In this document: piece by piece, positions 12,920 to 23,800 of the stretch | Layout: each line of letters starts with the position of its first letter | How positions within the stretch are numbered: the stretch's first letter is position 1 | Assembly: GCA_964016885.1 (NCBI GenBank) | Contig: OZ024742.1 | Coordinates: 302,188,001-302,252,000 of the forward strand | Source of the DNA: Eledone cirrhosa | Taxonomy: Eukaryota | DNA length: 64,000 bases | Direction: 5' to 3' | The notes under the pieces: generated by a model | The model's input: the letters and a program-made list of their open reading frames with translations, nothing else | Database searches by the model: none | What the model was told of the DNA's origin: nothing | Program-made: the position numbers and the translations under genes

Positions 12920-13347
12920 AAACAACCACCTGACGTGTAAATAGTGTTAAACAACTATCTGACGTGTAAATAGTGAAAAACTATTACCTGACAAATAAAT
13001 AGTATTGGTCTACCATATAACGGGTAAAATAATATTAAACAATAATCTGACGTAAATAGTGGTAAACTACCCTCTGACGTGTTAATAGTGGTAAATTACC
13101 ATCCGACGTGTAAATAATATTACACAGCCATATGAGGTGTAAATAATGTTAAACTACCATCTGACGTGTAAATAGTATTACACTGCCTTCTGACATGTAC
13201 ATAGTGTTAAACTACCAGCTGACGTGTAAATAGTATTACACTGCCTTCTGACATGTACATAGTGTTAAACTACCTTCTGACGTGTAAATAGTGTTACACA
13301 ACCATCTGACGTGTAAAAGTTAAATTACCACCTGACGTGTAAATAGT
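12920..13347. repeat. ~29-bp minisatellite, ~14 copies
   Basis: Unit approximately ctgacgtgtaaatagtgttaaactaccat. Confidence 0.9.
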
Positions 13348-13490
13348 TAGTTGTATTTAGCAAGATATCATTTGGTAGGTAGATGAACATAATAATCGTG
13401 ATGGTGATGATGATGATGATGACGACGACGAAGAAGAAGATGTCGACGACTACGACAACAACAACAATAACAACAACAATAATAATACTA

Positions 13491-13525
<35 letters not shown>

Positions 13526-13568
13526 AATAAGCATAATGAAGAAATCAAAGCCAATCAACCAATCAACC

Positions 13569-13880
13569 AACCGACCAGATATTATAGTCAAAGATCACGA
13601 AGAAAAGTAATGTCTTCTAATTGATGTATCTATCGCCACAAATGACATATTTATCAAGAAAACTGAGAAATCATCTAAATATAAAGATCTGGAGAGAGAA
13701 ATAACCCGAATGTAGATGATTAAAACATAAACAATCCCTATAATAATAGGTGGTCCGGGAATGATAAAAACACAGACAGATACATAGCCAAAACCATAGG
13801 ACTTACTAATTTATATAGCATACAGAAAATAACTCTACTAGGCACTGTACAATGTTACAAAGTCTACTCTCTATACAATA
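13569..13880 (+). pseudogene. 3' fragment of an R4/Dong-like non-LTR retrotransposon (restriction-like endonuclease domain)
   Basis: NRPDIIVKDHEEK*CLLIDVSI...EK..KYKDLEREITRM...TIPIIIG...IQKITLLGT matches the RPD...D...EK..KY RLE motif; multiple stops; follows (ATG)/(AAT) repeats. Confidence 0.75.
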
Positions 13881-14224
13881 GAAATAGTAACACCAAAAGC
13901 AAGCTGCATATGCCCTAGGTACACAAAACTGTGTATATACTCGTAATTAGAGGTTTCTGATTTAGGCACAAGGCCAACAATTTTTGGGGCAGGGGAAAGT
14001 CGATTAAATCGACCACCGTGGATTACTGGTATTTTATTTTACCGACTCCATAAAGATGAAAGGCAAAGCTAACATCGGCGGGACTTCAACTCAGAACGCA
14101 AAGGGCCGTAACTCGATACCACAAAACATATTGTCCGACGCTCTACCGATACTGCCAATCCACCGCCCTTATGCTCATAATTAATTAAAATATTGAAGAC
14201 ATGATGAGTCGAACGCCGTAGTAA

Positions 14225-14425
14225 TCCCAGTGCGGTGAAGGCGAGAGGCATACTGATTCAGCTTATGATCGTAGAATCGTGAGTTCGATTCCCGGCAGCG
14301 TATTGTGCTTGAACAAAACACTTTATTTCACGTTACTCCAGTCCACTCAATTGGCAAAAATGAGTTGTACTTGTAATTCAAAAGGCCAGCCTTATCATAG
14401 AACATGTTACGCCGAATTTCCCGAC
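14225..14425 (+). mobile_element. tRNA-headed SINE, decayed
   Basis: B-box-like gagttcgattccc followed by acactttatttcacgtt..ccagtccactca..aaaaatgagt..gtaattcaaaaggccagcctt body. Confidence 0.6.
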
Positions 14426-15062
14426 GGAGGTGTAGCACCAACAACAATCTCAGGGTAAACCGAGATTGTGACATAGACTGAATTATTGGTTGAAACCATT
14501 TCATTTTAGTTACATTCTCAATGGAATTTAATGGACCTCCTTCAGTTTCGACGATAGGTGTTCCAGTTGTTTGCTCAACAGAATGATTTGTCAATGAAAT
14601 TAACATATACGTGGTTGAGTAATCCACAGACACTTGCACTCAACATAATTATCAGGGAGATTAAGTGTGACACAGTATGTGGCAAAGCTGAACCTTTTGA
14701 ATTACAAATACAGTCCATCCGATAGGCTTCCAAACAGTTTCTGTCTACCCAATTTCACTCACACAACATTAGTCGATCCGAGGCTATGATAGATGAAAGT
14801 TACCTAAGATGCCAAGCAGAGGGACTTAATCATTATGAAGCGAACTCCTTAAACATTCGCCCATACTGCGTCAAAATAACATTCCCAATGTCTTCAAGAA
14901 AGGCATGAAAGCCAAAAAACCCCAGTAATTATCACATTTAAATGTAGGATATTTCAGTTTAGAGATAATAAATCAATATTAAATAAGAGGTTTCGTTCCT
15001 CCTAATAAATTCTGACAACCGACAATCTTGTAAATTGTCGAAATATTGAACGTGATTGCTAC

Positions 15063-15095
<33 letters not shown>

Positions 15096-15296
15096 GATAG
15101 AGTAAGACACGCTTCGCATCGGCTCCGCTATTCCATCGGGATTTACCCTTGCTATTGTAAGTACCGGATAAATTTTTTAGTGCAACACATTTGGAACACT
15201 AACCCCTGTTATTTAGGGAAACATTTTTGCATTTACCCCCTTTTTAGGGGGTAAAATAAATATCTATTTTTGCCGAAAAATTTCTTTCTTGGCAGC

Positions 15297-17132
15297 ATGG
15301 CGGAAAAGATGGCAGACATGTCTGCCATTAGCTCTGCCACGCCCCCCAAGTCTGAAGAACAAAAAATAATTACAACAAAATTAGACATTGAAACAAACAA
15401 ACAAAATGAAAAAACAAATGTTAAGGAAAATGAGCAAACAGAAAACAAACAAACAGAAAATAATACAAATAACGACAGGGCAACTTTCGCCCAGAAAACA
15501 AAGCAATCCATTACATACACACCAATTGACCTAACTGCCGCCAGAGAAAAACTGGCCGAAGCAAAGAAACATATTGTTTTGGGGGAAAACGGAATGTTTT
15601 CCATTAACTCCCCCCCAGAATTCAAGAAAGCCAGAGCAGAAAACACAGTTATATACAGAACTATACTAAACCAGTCAAGAAAGCCAGCACAGCCCAGCCA
15701 AATGGAAATAGAGTTAGTCCTAAAAGACTATATGAAGAATATTCTCTTCATACGAAAGGACCGACTCTATGGCAGCATTTCGGTCCTAACAAGAGACAAA
15801 GAAACGGCGGTTCAGCTTTCCCTAAGCCCACTCTCGTCGACAACATATAGCTTCTATCCCTCCTACATGGGTAGAAGAACTCAGAGAATAAAAGTAAAAA
15901 CAATGCTGCCCACAATGGACTTCTGGTGGGCTATTGCTGGCTTCATTGATATGGGCGAAGACACTATGCTGTCAATGGGGAAGGCAACTGGAGATGCGTT
16001 CCTGGGAATGGGCCTCGACATACTAGTCCAAATGAGGCCCGAAAGAATAGCACAAATCCCGGATCGCATCTGGCTGGATGACCTTACCCCAATAGACATA
16101 ATTGTAGAGGGGAGAAGACCAGCATGCTATTTATGCATGGAAAGGGGACACGTTAAGGCTAACTGCCCGAAACGTATCCCCCAAAAAGGACTATTGCCCA
16201 CACCCACCACAAACAGTACACCAGCACCACCCACCTCCAAAAATACACTAATACCACACACAGCAAACAAAATACAGACACCACCAACCACAAACACAAC
16301 ACAAACATCACCACCACCAGCACCAAACACAAGCACGACACAAAAATCACCACCACCAACCACAACACAAACATCACCACCACCATTACCAACCACAAGC
16401 ACGACACAAACATTACCACCACCACCACCACAAAACCCATTCCAAACAAATAATAAAAAAAACAGTAACAAATCTACCCCTCCCGCAAAAAAAAAACAAC
16501 CACACAACACGTCCCTCCCACCTAGCGCTGAAGAGTTTCCCCCAACTTCTGAAGAAGAAGGAGGAGAAGCCTTCAGACAAGTTAAAAGAAAAAAAAGAAA
16601 ACACACACCCAGCACACCACAAATAACCCACACACAAACACCAACTCCAATCAAAAACACCCCACCCTCAACAAACAAAAATAAATCTGCGCCTCCCCTC
16701 TCCGAAACATTGACAGCATCACAAAAAAAGACGTTGCAATACACATATATAAATAAAGAAAACAAAAAACTGGTTAAATTAATAAACAATAACCCTATGG
16801 TGCAGACCGAAGGGCCAAACTTTATCTCAACAGAGAACTTCACCCATTTAAAAATGATAAAGGTCCCTCTGGACCTTTATCGTTCCTTAAAAGAACAATT
16901 TAGACGGGACGTGAGCCCCCCCTGTTTAAAACCGTTGAATCGCGTCCTCTTGAAAGATTTCCCCATAACCGCCCCTCTCCCTGACACAACTCCAAATACC
17001 CCAACCCCACCACACACGTGTACCCCCACACCACCACAAAACATCCCTCCACCCAACACACCTGATGCCATGGAAATTACGCAACCCGGAGAGGTAAGTG
17101 CTTTTCTTTCTTCACTTTCAACACCAAAATAG
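15297..17132 (+). CDS. E1 ORF1 (gag-like, CCHC zinc knuckle, Pro/Thr-rich linker, basic NLS-like patch)
   Basis: EGRRPACYLCMERGHVKANCP = CX2CX4HX4C; KRKKRKH; open for ~610 aa from the first ATG. Confidence 0.88.
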   Translation: MAEKMADMSAISSATPPKSEEQKIITTKLDIETNKQNEKTNVKENEQTENKQTENNTNNDRATFAQKTKQSITYTPIDLTAAREKLAEAKKHIVLGENGMFSINSPPEFKKARAENTVIYRTILNQSRKPAQPSQMEIELVLKDYMKNILFIRKDRLYGSISVLTRDKETAVQLSLSPLSSTTYSFYPSYMGRRTQRIKVKTMLPTMDFWWAIAGFIDMGEDTMLSMGKATGDAFLGMGLDILVQMRPERIAQIPDRIWLDDLTPIDIIVEGRRPACYLCMERGHVKANCPKRIPQKGLLPTPTTNSTPAPPTSKNTLIPHTANKIQTPPTTNTTQTSPPPAPNTSTTQKSPPPTTTQTSPPPLPTTSTTQTLPPPPPQNPFQTNNKKNSNKSTPPAKKKQPHNTSLPPSAEEFPPTSEEEGGEAFRQVKRKKRKHTPSTPQITHTQTPTPIKNTPPSTNKNKSAPPLSETLTASQKKTLQYTYINKENKKLVKLINNNPMVQTEGPNFISTENFTHLKMIKVPLDLYRSLKEQFRRDVSPPCLKPLNRVLLKDFPITAPLPDTTPNTPTPPHTCTPTPPQNIPPPNTPDAMEITQPGEVSAFLSSLSTPK

Positions 17133-20100
17133 ATCAATTGAGAGTTGGCTGTTTGAACGCGCGTGGCCTGAGCTCAGCTTGGAAGCAAGCAAAGCTTCTA
17201 AGTGACCTCAGGTCACAAAGTATAGATGTGATGGTTGTTTGCGAGAGTCGGATCAGCAGCGTGAGACAGCTGGCGCCCGCCTTCGATGACTTTGAGATGC
17301 ACGCATCTCTCTGTCAACCCGGAGGCGGGGGGGGGAGTTGCCGTACTGCTGGATAAACGTCTGACTCTCGACGTACAGATTGTTCACTCGGACCCGGGGG
17401 GTCGATTACTGGTGCTGGACGTCGGAGGTGGTGAAGGCGGGGCTTTCAGACTGGTCGGTCTTTATGCTCCCTTCGGGGCGGAGAGAGCCGACTTCTTCCA
17501 ACGTCTGGAGACTTTTCTAGGAACGTCGCGTTCCCTGCTTTTAGTGGGGGACTGGAATGGAATCCTAGATGCGCGTTGGGACTATGCAGGGGCATGTCCC
17601 GATAGAGGGGGGTGTAGCAGCCTCAAGGGGTTACTCGATCGATTCGACCTGGTCGATAGATTTCGACTAGATTGTCCAACTGCGCCAACCTGGACCTGGG
17701 CAAACCGCAGTGGACAATCTAGATCGTACCTAGATAGGTTTTTGGTTAGGAGTAAGGATAGGGACGTATTTAGTTGTCCAGAACTGATCATGGTTGGCTA
17801 TTCAGATCACAAATTAGTGACCTGCGTGGTCAACCTTGATAGAACGCATAGACAGGGTCCCGGTTACTGGAAGATGAACTTGTCCTTACCGACAAAGAAA
17901 GATTACAGAAACCGGATTAGTAGCTTAGTTAAGATGCGGTTGACGGGAGCGATCGTCAACAGCAGGTGGTGGGTATCTCTAAAGAGAGAGATTAGAGTAA
18001 GTTCGATAGGTTACAGTAAGGAACTAGCGGCGAATAGAAATAGGAGGGAAAGGGAGTTAACAGATAAACTAGAAGAGGCGATTAGGAGCGGAGACGTAGC
18101 CAGAGTGTTAGCGACGAGAACGGCATTGAGCCAGTTCTTTGACGCGAAGCACGAAGGCTGCGTTGTCCGAAGTAAAATACGTGCTTTAGGAAACGAGGGG
18201 ACCAAAGCTGTTAGCTGGGCCCGCGTGACAGAAGCCAAGAGTGGGATTAAATCCACCATTCGGTCTTTGCGAGACCAGGATGGACGGGTGATCCTTGAAC
18301 CTGAGCGAATGTGCGAGACCTTTCAAAGGCACTTTGCTCGACTGTTCGGAGGTGGCGGGGGGCCGGACGGGGATGTGGACTTCGGTCCATACCTCGACGG
18401 TCTACCGCGTCTTTCGAGCGGCGAAGCGGAGTGCTGCGAAGGGCCAATCACAGCCACTGAAATCGGGGAAGCGCTCAGCCAATGCAGCAGACGCAAATCC
18501 CCGGGTCTCGATGGTCTACCATACGAACTTTATTTAGCTATGCCGGTCTTGTTCTCCGAACTCCTCGAGGCTGTCTATTGCAACTGGCAACAGAACGGGA
18601 GAATTCCCTGTTCTGTGACCAAGGGCGTGGTCACGCTAGTGAGGAAGGACGAGAGCAAGGGGGACGACTTAAGTAACTTTAGGCCCATAACTCTGCTGAA
18701 TGCAGAGTTACAGATTTTGGCCAAGGTGTTGACGAAGAGGTTGGCGCTTGTGGTGGGTGGTTTGGTGGGAGACGCGCAGACATGCGCTATCCCGTCCAGG
18801 TCCATTCACGACAACCTCCACCTCATGCGATACATCATAGAGAGGGTTGGCTACGAACCCGGCTTTGGTGGGGCCCTGATCAACTTGGATCAATCTAAGG
18901 CGTTCGATAGGGTCGACCATGGTTACCTGGATGCGGTGCTAGCGGCGGCGGGCTTCGGACCCGTTTTCAGGGGCTGGATTTCTGCCATGCACAGTGGCAA
19001 CATCTACTCTAGGATTAAAGTAAACGGCTACCTCTCGGAGCCGTTTCAAATCACCCGATCCATCAGACAGGGGTGCCCCCTCTCCTCCCTTCTGTACGTA
19101 TTGACTCTCGAGCCACTGCTGCGGAAGTTGGAGTTGCTGCGGGGCATACCCCTGGAACCGGGATTGCACAAAGCGGTCTCGGCCTATGCCGACGACGTAA
19201 CAGTAATGGTGGCGGACGCCTCGGAAATCGGGGCGATCGCCACCCTACTGGAGGAATACGAAAGGCTGACGGGGGCTAAGCTGAACCAGGACAAGTCGGT
19301 CGGTTTGCAACTCGGAACGTGGAGGGGCAAACCGATGCCGTTGGACGGTGTCGTCGGGCGGTGGACGGAGGGCCCGGTGAAGCTGCTCGGGGTCTGGTTC
19401 GGACCGGACCTCCAGGTGGAGAAGAATTGGGGCGAGGTGACGAGCAGGGTGTTTGCGCTGACCCAGAAGTGGGCCAAGTGCAAACTATCACTGAAAGGTC
19501 GGGCGGAGGTGACGAACGCTTACATAGCGTCCGTCATCTACTACCGCCTGACCGTCGTGCCTTGCCCCAAGGAAAAGCTCACCATCATGGAACGCATGCT
19601 CTTCCAGTTCCTCTGGAAGAAGCGGCCTCCCATGGTGAGGAGATCCATCTGCTGCCAGCACCCTTCGAAAGGAGGGCTGGGTATGCCGTGGCTGTTGATG
19701 CGTAGGCACGCATTGAGGCTACGGCATCTACAGGTATTCCTCAACGGTCAGCCGGTGTGGGCCCCGTTTGTGAGGCGAGCCTTCCCACAGCTCGTCTCGC
19801 TCACCGAACTGCAATCCTGGGTGAAGCAAAGACCGAGAAAACTGGGCAACTGGCACACTGAGTGTGCCCAGGCGCTCACGGCTATCTGGCAAGCGGACCC
19901 GACTGTCAGTGGAGAATCCACCTCGACATTCTATAGAGGGTTGGTGGCTAGCAGGGGCGACGACACCCTTGGAGAGTCGCTAGGCATGGAGGAGGACGAA
20001 CTGGCCAGCCTGTTCGGTAGAACTTTCGGCCCGGGACCCATGGACAACTTCCAGAGGTCCCTAGCCTGGCAGTGTTACCGGGGGGCTCTGCCCGTTCGAG

Positions 20101-20567
20101 AAAAGCTCTACAGACACGGGCGCCCGGGCAGGGATCCCGCGAAAAAGATCTGTCCCAGATGCGTGCGCGACGAGGAAACCGTTGCGCATGCACTGGTACA
20201 CTGCCCGGGCGTTGCCGATCTGTGGGGCTACGTCGAACGACTGCTGTCGCGTGTGGCGCCGATTCGATTAACCGCCGAGTCTGTGGTGAACATCAAGCCG
20301 CCTCCTCCCTTCAGAAATGAAGCAGAGGCGGTCTTTCTGTGCGTAATAGCCATGATGAAAGAGGTTGTGTGGTGGACGCGCCTGAAAGGTCTGAGGTCGG
20401 GTGACTTTCTCTCCGGCCATCACCTGGTTTACTTCTTCCGATACCACTTCGGAAGAAGAATCAGGATGGAGAGAGAAGTGCTTGGTCCCAGACAGTTTTA
20501 TGAAAGGTGGGTGAAAGAAGCGAGAATGGCCCGTGTAAATGGGCCTTCTCTCTACATTGTTCTGTAG
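17129..20567 (+). CDS. E1 ORF2: APE endonuclease + reverse transcriptase + C-terminal zinc finger (start ATG appears as ATA; one frameshift in the G-run near 17330)
   Basis: VGCLNARGL, LLVGDWN, SYLDRF, YSDH (APE); SPGLDGL, FRPITLLN, LDQSKAFDRV, RQGCPLS, YADD (RT); CPRC..ETVAHALVHC. Confidence 0.93.
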
Positions 20568-20798
20568 GTGAAGAAGTGAAGAGGAAAGGGGGAGCGCCTC
20601 CTCTCTGGGCTTCCCCCGCGAAAAGAGTTGCACACTTTTCGGGGGTATGTGCAATCCCCAACACGCCCCCTCCCTTTTGAGGACTTTTTATTGTTATATT
20701 ATTATTGTTATTCCTTTTTTCTTTACTCGATTTATGTAAACTCCCCCACTGTGTAAATGTCCCCTTCTTTTGTGCCCTCGTGGCAAATAAATAGAAAT

Positions 20799-20858
<60 letters not shown>

Positions 20859-23800
20859 TAATCTAGCTGTCGTCTGTTCTACAGTGTGGATGTCATTCAC
20901 TTCGCACAGAAGTTTTGTTCAAATTTATTGAGGAAATTTTGTGAGTTCAAACTTAATTTTGATACAATTGTGTAGCTTGACCCTCCGTCTGAACTGTCAG
21001 GCGGTGGGTCAGCTCATCTTTACCCCTCCTAGAGGTGAAAAACCTGTTTTAAAAAATTTTGTGTAAAAAATTTCAATCGTCTAACAGAAATGTTAAACGC
21101 AGCGAACGAAAATAGTGGTGGGGGGACAGCGGTAAGAGTTGTAAGCTCGCACGCTTTAGTCCCCCCTTCCTTCCCAACTAACGTCATAGAGAAGGAAGGA
21201 AAAATTAAAATAAAAACAGACGAATCTGCGGAGAAAAAAAAAAAATGACGAAAACACAAATCTGGACTTGGATTCCAACAACGAAAAAAAAAAAATTTGA
21301 AAAATTGCATGACAATACTAATAACACAAACAAAGACACAACAAACACAAAAATAACATTTGAAAATAACACCATATCAGAAAACAAAGCAGACGACAAG
21401 ATTTCATTTGCACAGAAAACAAAGAAATCTTTGACTTATATAGCGGAAAACATTTCAGATGTGGTACGAAGGATCACGGACGCCAAACAATACATAAGTG
21501 AAGGAGAGAATGGTATTTTATCGGTAAAAATGCCTCAAGAATTCACGAAAGACATTGAAAGCCGAACGGTCAAGTTTCTGACCATCAACAACAGTACAAA
21601 AAAACCTGAACAGCCTTCTCAAGCAGATATCAAAACAGTACTCACAGAAGTACTTAATGAAACCACTTTCATAAGAAAAGACAGACTGTATGGAAGCCTA
21701 GCAATTATCATGAAGAACGAATCGGCGGCAAAAAAATGTGCTTTGTCACCGATTCGTTCGAAAAATTTCACCTTTTATCCATCTTATATGGGGAAAAGAA
21801 CTCAACGCATATGGCTGGATGCAATGATGCCAGATGTGGACTACTGCTGGCTCATAGCTGGCTTCATCGATCCAGTGAATGACAACGTGATTTCCATTGG
21901 GAAAACCACAGGCAATGCGTTCAGTGGAACAGGTATAGAGCTGGTAGTACAAATGAAGCCTGAACGCATCGCCCAAATACCCGACAGAATCCTATTAGAG
22001 GACCACGGGTATATAAACATTAGCGTGGAGGGGAGAAGGCCGTCCTGCCACATCTGTGCAGGCAGAGGGCACCTGAAGGCCGCTTGTCCCCAACTCAACA
22101 AAAAGAAAACCCTGCTACCAACACCAGCTCCACCACCACCACCACCACAACAGATAAACAAACAACAAAACTCAGTCCCACCCAACCCGTCCCTCAGTAA
22201 AACCACAACACCACCACAACACAAACAGTCACAACACATTACCCCAAAACAAAATACAGGCCCACCCAACCTCTCACTCAATAAAACAACACAACCACCG
22301 CAGACACAACACACAACACAGTCTAACATAGTGACATCCATCTCCCCCACAAAGAAAACCAACACGGAAACATTACCAGCAAACATACCTCTTCCCTCCA
22401 ACACTGAAGATAACCCAACGAATTCGGAGGAAGAAACGGAGTCCTTCAGACAGATTAAAAGGAAAAAAAGAAAACATGTGCAAAACACACAAGGACAAAC
22501 GACCCCCACCCAAATCTCAACACAATCCAACAAAACAGAAAACACCCCTCCAGCAACAAACAAAACCAAACCTGCCCCTCCCCTCTTCGAAACACTCACA
22601 CCATCGGAAAAAAAGACATTACACTATACTTACATCAACAGAAACAATAATAAATTAAATGAGCTCATATACAATAATCCTTCGGTACAAACCGAAGGTG
22701 TAAACTTTGTTTCGTCAGAAAACTACCCACATTTAAAACTAATAAAGATCCCAATGAACCTCTACCAAAAACTAAAAAAGGATTTTAAGGAGGACGTAGG
22801 ACCACCCTCTGTCAAACCCATAAACCGCGTCCTACTAAAAACCTTTCCCCCTCCCCTTCCCCTCCCCAACACAACTCCAAACACCCCAACCCCACCACAC
22901 ACTGACAACCCCACACCACCACAAGACACCCCTTCACCCAACACCCCCGACCCCATGGAAGTAGTGCAACCCGAACCCCGGGAAGCGGAAAGGTAGGTCT
23001 CTACACTCTCCTTTGGCTCTGCCGCCCACATGGATGTGTTAAGAGTAGGATGTTTGAATGCACGTGGCCTGGGCTCAACTTGGAAGCAAGCAAAACTTCT
23101 AAATGACCTCAGGTCATGTAGTATAAATGTAATGGTTATCTGTGAGACTCGAATCAGCGTCGTGCGGCAGCTGGCCCCCACCTTCGATGACTTTGAGGTG
23201 CATGCATCTCTCTGTCAACCTGGAGGTGGGGGTGGGGTTGTCGTACTGCTGCAAAAACACCTGGGTCTTGCCGTACAGGTTGTGCACTCGGACCCGGAGG
23301 GTCGTTTGTTGGTGCTAGACGTTGGCAGTAGTGAAAGTGCGGCCTTGAGACTGGTCGCCGTCTACTCCCCTTTCGGAGCTGAACGGCCCGACTTCTTCCA
23401 GCGTTTGGAGACTTTTCTGGGAACGTCGCGTTCCCTGCTTCTAGCGGGGGATTGGAATGACATCCTGGATGCACGTTGGGACTATGCAGGAGCATGTCCT
23501 CATAGAGGGGGTGTAACAGCCTGAAGGGGTTACTCGACCGTTTTAACTTGGTCGATAGATATCGACTAGATTTTCCAACTGTGCCTACCTGGACTTGGAG
23601 AAACCACAGTGGTCAATCTAGATCGTACTTAGATAGATTCTTAGTTAGAAGTAAGGATAGGGACATATTAAGCTGTCCAGAAATGCGCACGGTTGGCTAC
23701 ACGGATCACAAATTAGTGACCTGCGTGGTCAATCTCGAGAAAACACATAGACAGGGTCCCGGTTACTGGAAACTTAATTTGTCTTTACCGGCAAAAGAGA

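Larger units (their letters stand above)
15095..20799 (+). mobile_element. E1: full-length Tx1-like LINE, near intact
   Basis: 5'UTR, ORF1, ORF2, structured 3'UTR, AATAAA at 20786. Confidence 0.92.

Noticed and set aside
17320-17340. Programmed frameshift at the G-run in ORF2
   Set aside because: Other copies read PGGGGG in frame; most breaks in the array are in homopolymers, consistent with slippage or sequencing error.
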